From assembly GCF_006345805.1 (NCBI RefSeq), contig NW_021832715.1:1-64000 (forward strand): a stretch of 64,000 nucleotides of DNA, read 5' to 3'. A program made the translations under genes and the position numbers. This DNA is from Octopus sinensis. Its lineage: Eukaryota. Position 1 is the first letter of the stretch. Every line of letters starts with the position of its first letter. Shown here piece by piece: positions 60,953 through 64,000 of the stretch. The notes beneath the pieces were generated by a model that searched no databases, was not told the origin of the DNA, and worked only from the letters and a program-made list of their open reading frames with translations.

Positions 60953-61970
60953 CTCGTACCAAGTTAATTTGTTCGTTACTCTGTTCATTTCTTCAAATCC
61001 CGATTGTTTTAAGTCTACTGTCCCCAATCAAAATCTTCGCAGCCCGCCATTCGTTCGCGGTTTAAATTCTTAAAAATTTTTTAAAATGCCTCGGTATGAA
61101 GATATTTCGTTCGTCCTCCGCCATTACTTTCAATCAAAACTTCCGTCTTTCCAACCCACTTCCGGTGAACCTATATAAATAATCACCTCGTGTGCTTATC
61201 TTTCATTCACCCCTTCTTGACCACACAGCGATGATCATAGCAAGCAAGCTAAGAATTCTCATTTCATCTCTTCCTGACTCTTGTACTACACACATACATT
61301 TGCTGCTAACCTTAAATGTTCGAATCTATTCACTAACTCTGCTTGTTCTTAAAATATAACCCTTTAATTTGTTTATCCCCTCGGTACCAGTTAATTTGTT
61401 CGTTACTCTGTTCATTTCTTCAAACCCCGATTGTTTTAAGTCTACTGTCCCCAATCAAAATCTTCGCAGCCCGCCATTCGTTCGCGGTTCGCCCGCCCTC
61501 CCACCCCCACCACCCATACCGGAGAACACTCTGTTTACACCATCCTCACCAGATATCCCCTCTACCACCGCCACCACTACGTGTGTCTGTTCCTCCTACC
61601 CCTCCTCCTCAATATACTTTCTCATTATGTATTTTACCCCTGCCTCTCTCCCCCTGGACAGAAGCAGCTAGCGCTGCAGCTCATCAAACGTCCCACTTAA
61701 CCTGTTATCTTATGTTCCTCCTGTTTTGAAATGTGTCACTGCCTCAACCGGCTATCTCCTTCCAGCCCCCTCCCCCACTCTTGATATCCTACGTTTTACT
61801 TCCTACTTTTCATTCTGTCTAGAACCTGCCACCAACCCTACCTGTCATCGTTTCTCTTTACCCCAAACCTTCCCCACTGGTGCTCCCCTATATTACATGC
61901 ACCCCCCACCACTCTCTCTCCCTCTGCCGGAACCCTCCCCCCCCTGCCGCAATGCAACGAAAAAAGGCAA
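60948..61970 (+). mobile_element. Unclassified CpG-rich repeat with a 115-bp direct repeat (60948-61062, 61375-61489)
   Basis: Near-identical direct repeats, a TATA-like box at 61172-61180 and a C-rich body; no recognisable protein. Confidence 0.5.
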
Positions 61971-61974
61971 TAAC

Positions 61975-62198
61975 CGATCGTGGCCGATGCCAGACCCCTC
62001 TGGCACCTGTGCAGGTGGCACGTAAAAAGCACCCACTACACTCGCGGAGTGGTTGGCGTTAGGAAGGGCATCCAGCTGTAGAAAATCTGCCAGATCAGAC
62101 TGGAGCCTGGGGCAGTCCCTGCTCCCCAGACCCCGGTCATACCGTCCAACCCGTGCTAGCGCGGAAAACGGACGTTAAACGATGATGATGATGATGAT
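61975..62198 (+). mobile_element. SINE family 2
   Basis: Matches 51530-51915; (ATG)n tail. Confidence 0.9.
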
Positions 62199-62286
62199 AG
62201 GTGGGGTTGTGATAAGAAGTTTGCTTCCCAACCACATGGTACTAGGTTATGTCTTTCTGCATGGCACTTCGGTCAGCTATTCTTTA

Positions 62287-62439
62287 TTAACCCTTTCGAT
62301 ACCAAACCTTAGTCACTATTTATGTTCCTAACACTAGCTTAATGATAACTAAGTTACTTTATTAAATTCTTTGTTATATTTAAAGTAATTGAAAGAAACA
62401 CAGAGCATTTCAAAATAAATACAGTAATGAAAGGGTTAA
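62287..62439. mobile_element. TTAA-flanked piggyBac-type MITE family A, internally deleted
   Basis: TTAA-CCCTTTCGATACC...AGTAATGAAAGGG-TTAA. Confidence 0.85.
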
Positions 62440-64000
62440 ACAAAGATGGTCATGCTTAATTAAGGTTAAACAGAATTAAAACAACAACAAAACTAATTTT
62501 GAGACTCCATCCCCACCCCTCATTTTTCTTTTGCAACTGTGGATCTTGAAGCACAATCCCTTTTAGATAGAAAAAAGTTAAAAGGTGCCCATGGAACTCA
62601 AATCCTCATCTACAAAATAAAATTTTTGTTGGTAAGAATAAAGTTTCTAAAATGGATATATTTGAAGGATTGCTTTGGCTCAGTGGTAGAATGCCTGCCT
62701 TGTCCATAGGAAGTGTAGTTTCAAATCACACTGTCATTGACTTTTTCTATCTAAAAGGTTTTCCAACAAAATACTTATTTGCTGTTTAAAGCTTTGTGTG
62801 CTTCCAGATCCATTCTTCTAATAAGAGATTATTTCATGTTCTCTCAAAGGTTTATAATTTTAATATAATTTTTTTGTTCCCATGACACTCTATAATACAT
62901 CTGTTTTTACTTTTTTCTTTTATTATTATGTCATCTTTATATAACTTGTAACATGTACTAAATGTAACAAATTGAGATCTCAATCATCATCATTACATCT
63001 CAATGTGGTTGTTTAAATCTGTTAGAAATAATTGTCTATCTCCCTGAAACCACATATATTTAAAACATTTGATAATGAGGTCTGGGGACAATAACTGTGT
63101 TTGAGATAAAAAAAAATAAAATGAGGTGGTTATGAGTGAAATAACTTTTGATCATTGTTTTGCTAGAAAATGGCTGATTTGGGGCTAAATGACAACAATT
63201 TATGTAATAAAAACAAACTTCCTGCTTCTTCTAATGAATCTATCCAATCAGAATGAAAAATAATTAAAAAATAAAACAGTAAACACCTCCACCACCAGCA
63301 CTACTACTATCATAATAACTATGATGACAATTAATAATAATTAAACATAATATATCTTCATTATCAATAATAAAGAATATAATTATCTCATTGATGGTAG
63401 TGCTTCCTTAATTGGAAGCTTATTTAAGCATGTTAAAGTTAATGACAGCTGTATAAAATCCATTTTCTCATAGTGGTGCAGGCATGGCTATGCGGTTAAG
63501 AGCTGTGCTGTTGTGTGGTTTTGGGTTCAATTCTACTGTATGGCACATTGGGCAAGTGTTTTCTCTTATAGCTTCTGGACAACCAAAGTCTTGCGAGTCT
63601 AATTTGGTGGGCTAAAATTGTGTTGAAGTTCGTTATATAATTAATCAACATATGACGTAAAAAAGCGTCTCTGGTGCAATAAACATTATTAAATATGTAT
63701 ACTAATGTATATGTATTGTGTATTTTCTGGTGGCTGCAATGGCCTAATGAAATATATAACTCCCATGTCACCAGTGTTAAAACACCTTAGGTTCATGGGC
63801 AGGCAAGATAACTCTCCTTCAGCCGCATTTGGAAATGATGGACATTGATGTTTCGTCATTTTTGTGACTTGTCAGCATTACACACTCTCATAGGTTGAAG
63901 GCAAATCACCAAGCCAGTTCATGACTTTTATGTTCATAGCTTGTAAAGTCATGAGCTGGTATGCCCGTAATTTGCATACCTATGAGAAAATTTAGATATG

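Overview
AT-rich, repeat-dense eukaryotic genomic DNA. The repeat families look like those of Octopus (coleoid cephalopod); this is from my recollection of those families, not a database search. No long protein-coding ORF is present. Nearly all ORFs in the supplied track are translations of microsatellites, SINEs or transposon relics. The window holds: (1) dozens of copies of at least five SINE families, the commonest carrying an internal (TA)n/(CA)n microsatellite; (2) TTAA-flanked piggyBac-type MITEs of two families, sometimes joined through one shared TTAA; (3) a decayed Tc1/mariner element with DD41D spacing and both TIRs; (4) two non-autonomous Helitron-like elements; (5) 3' fragments of RTE-type and RLE-type non-LTR retrotransposons; (6) three short elements carrying minimal hammerhead-ribozyme folds of the Penelope type, one of them fused behind a tRNA-derived Pol III head; (7) two long foldback hairpins of about 270-290 bp and several smaller perfect hairpins; (8) local tandem duplications, one probably an assembly artefact. 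Scattered short segments with good splice signals suggest small exons of a large-intron gene on the minus strand and possibly another on the plus strand. I cannot name either gene and the exon calls are low confidence. Boundaries of degenerate repeats are approximate.
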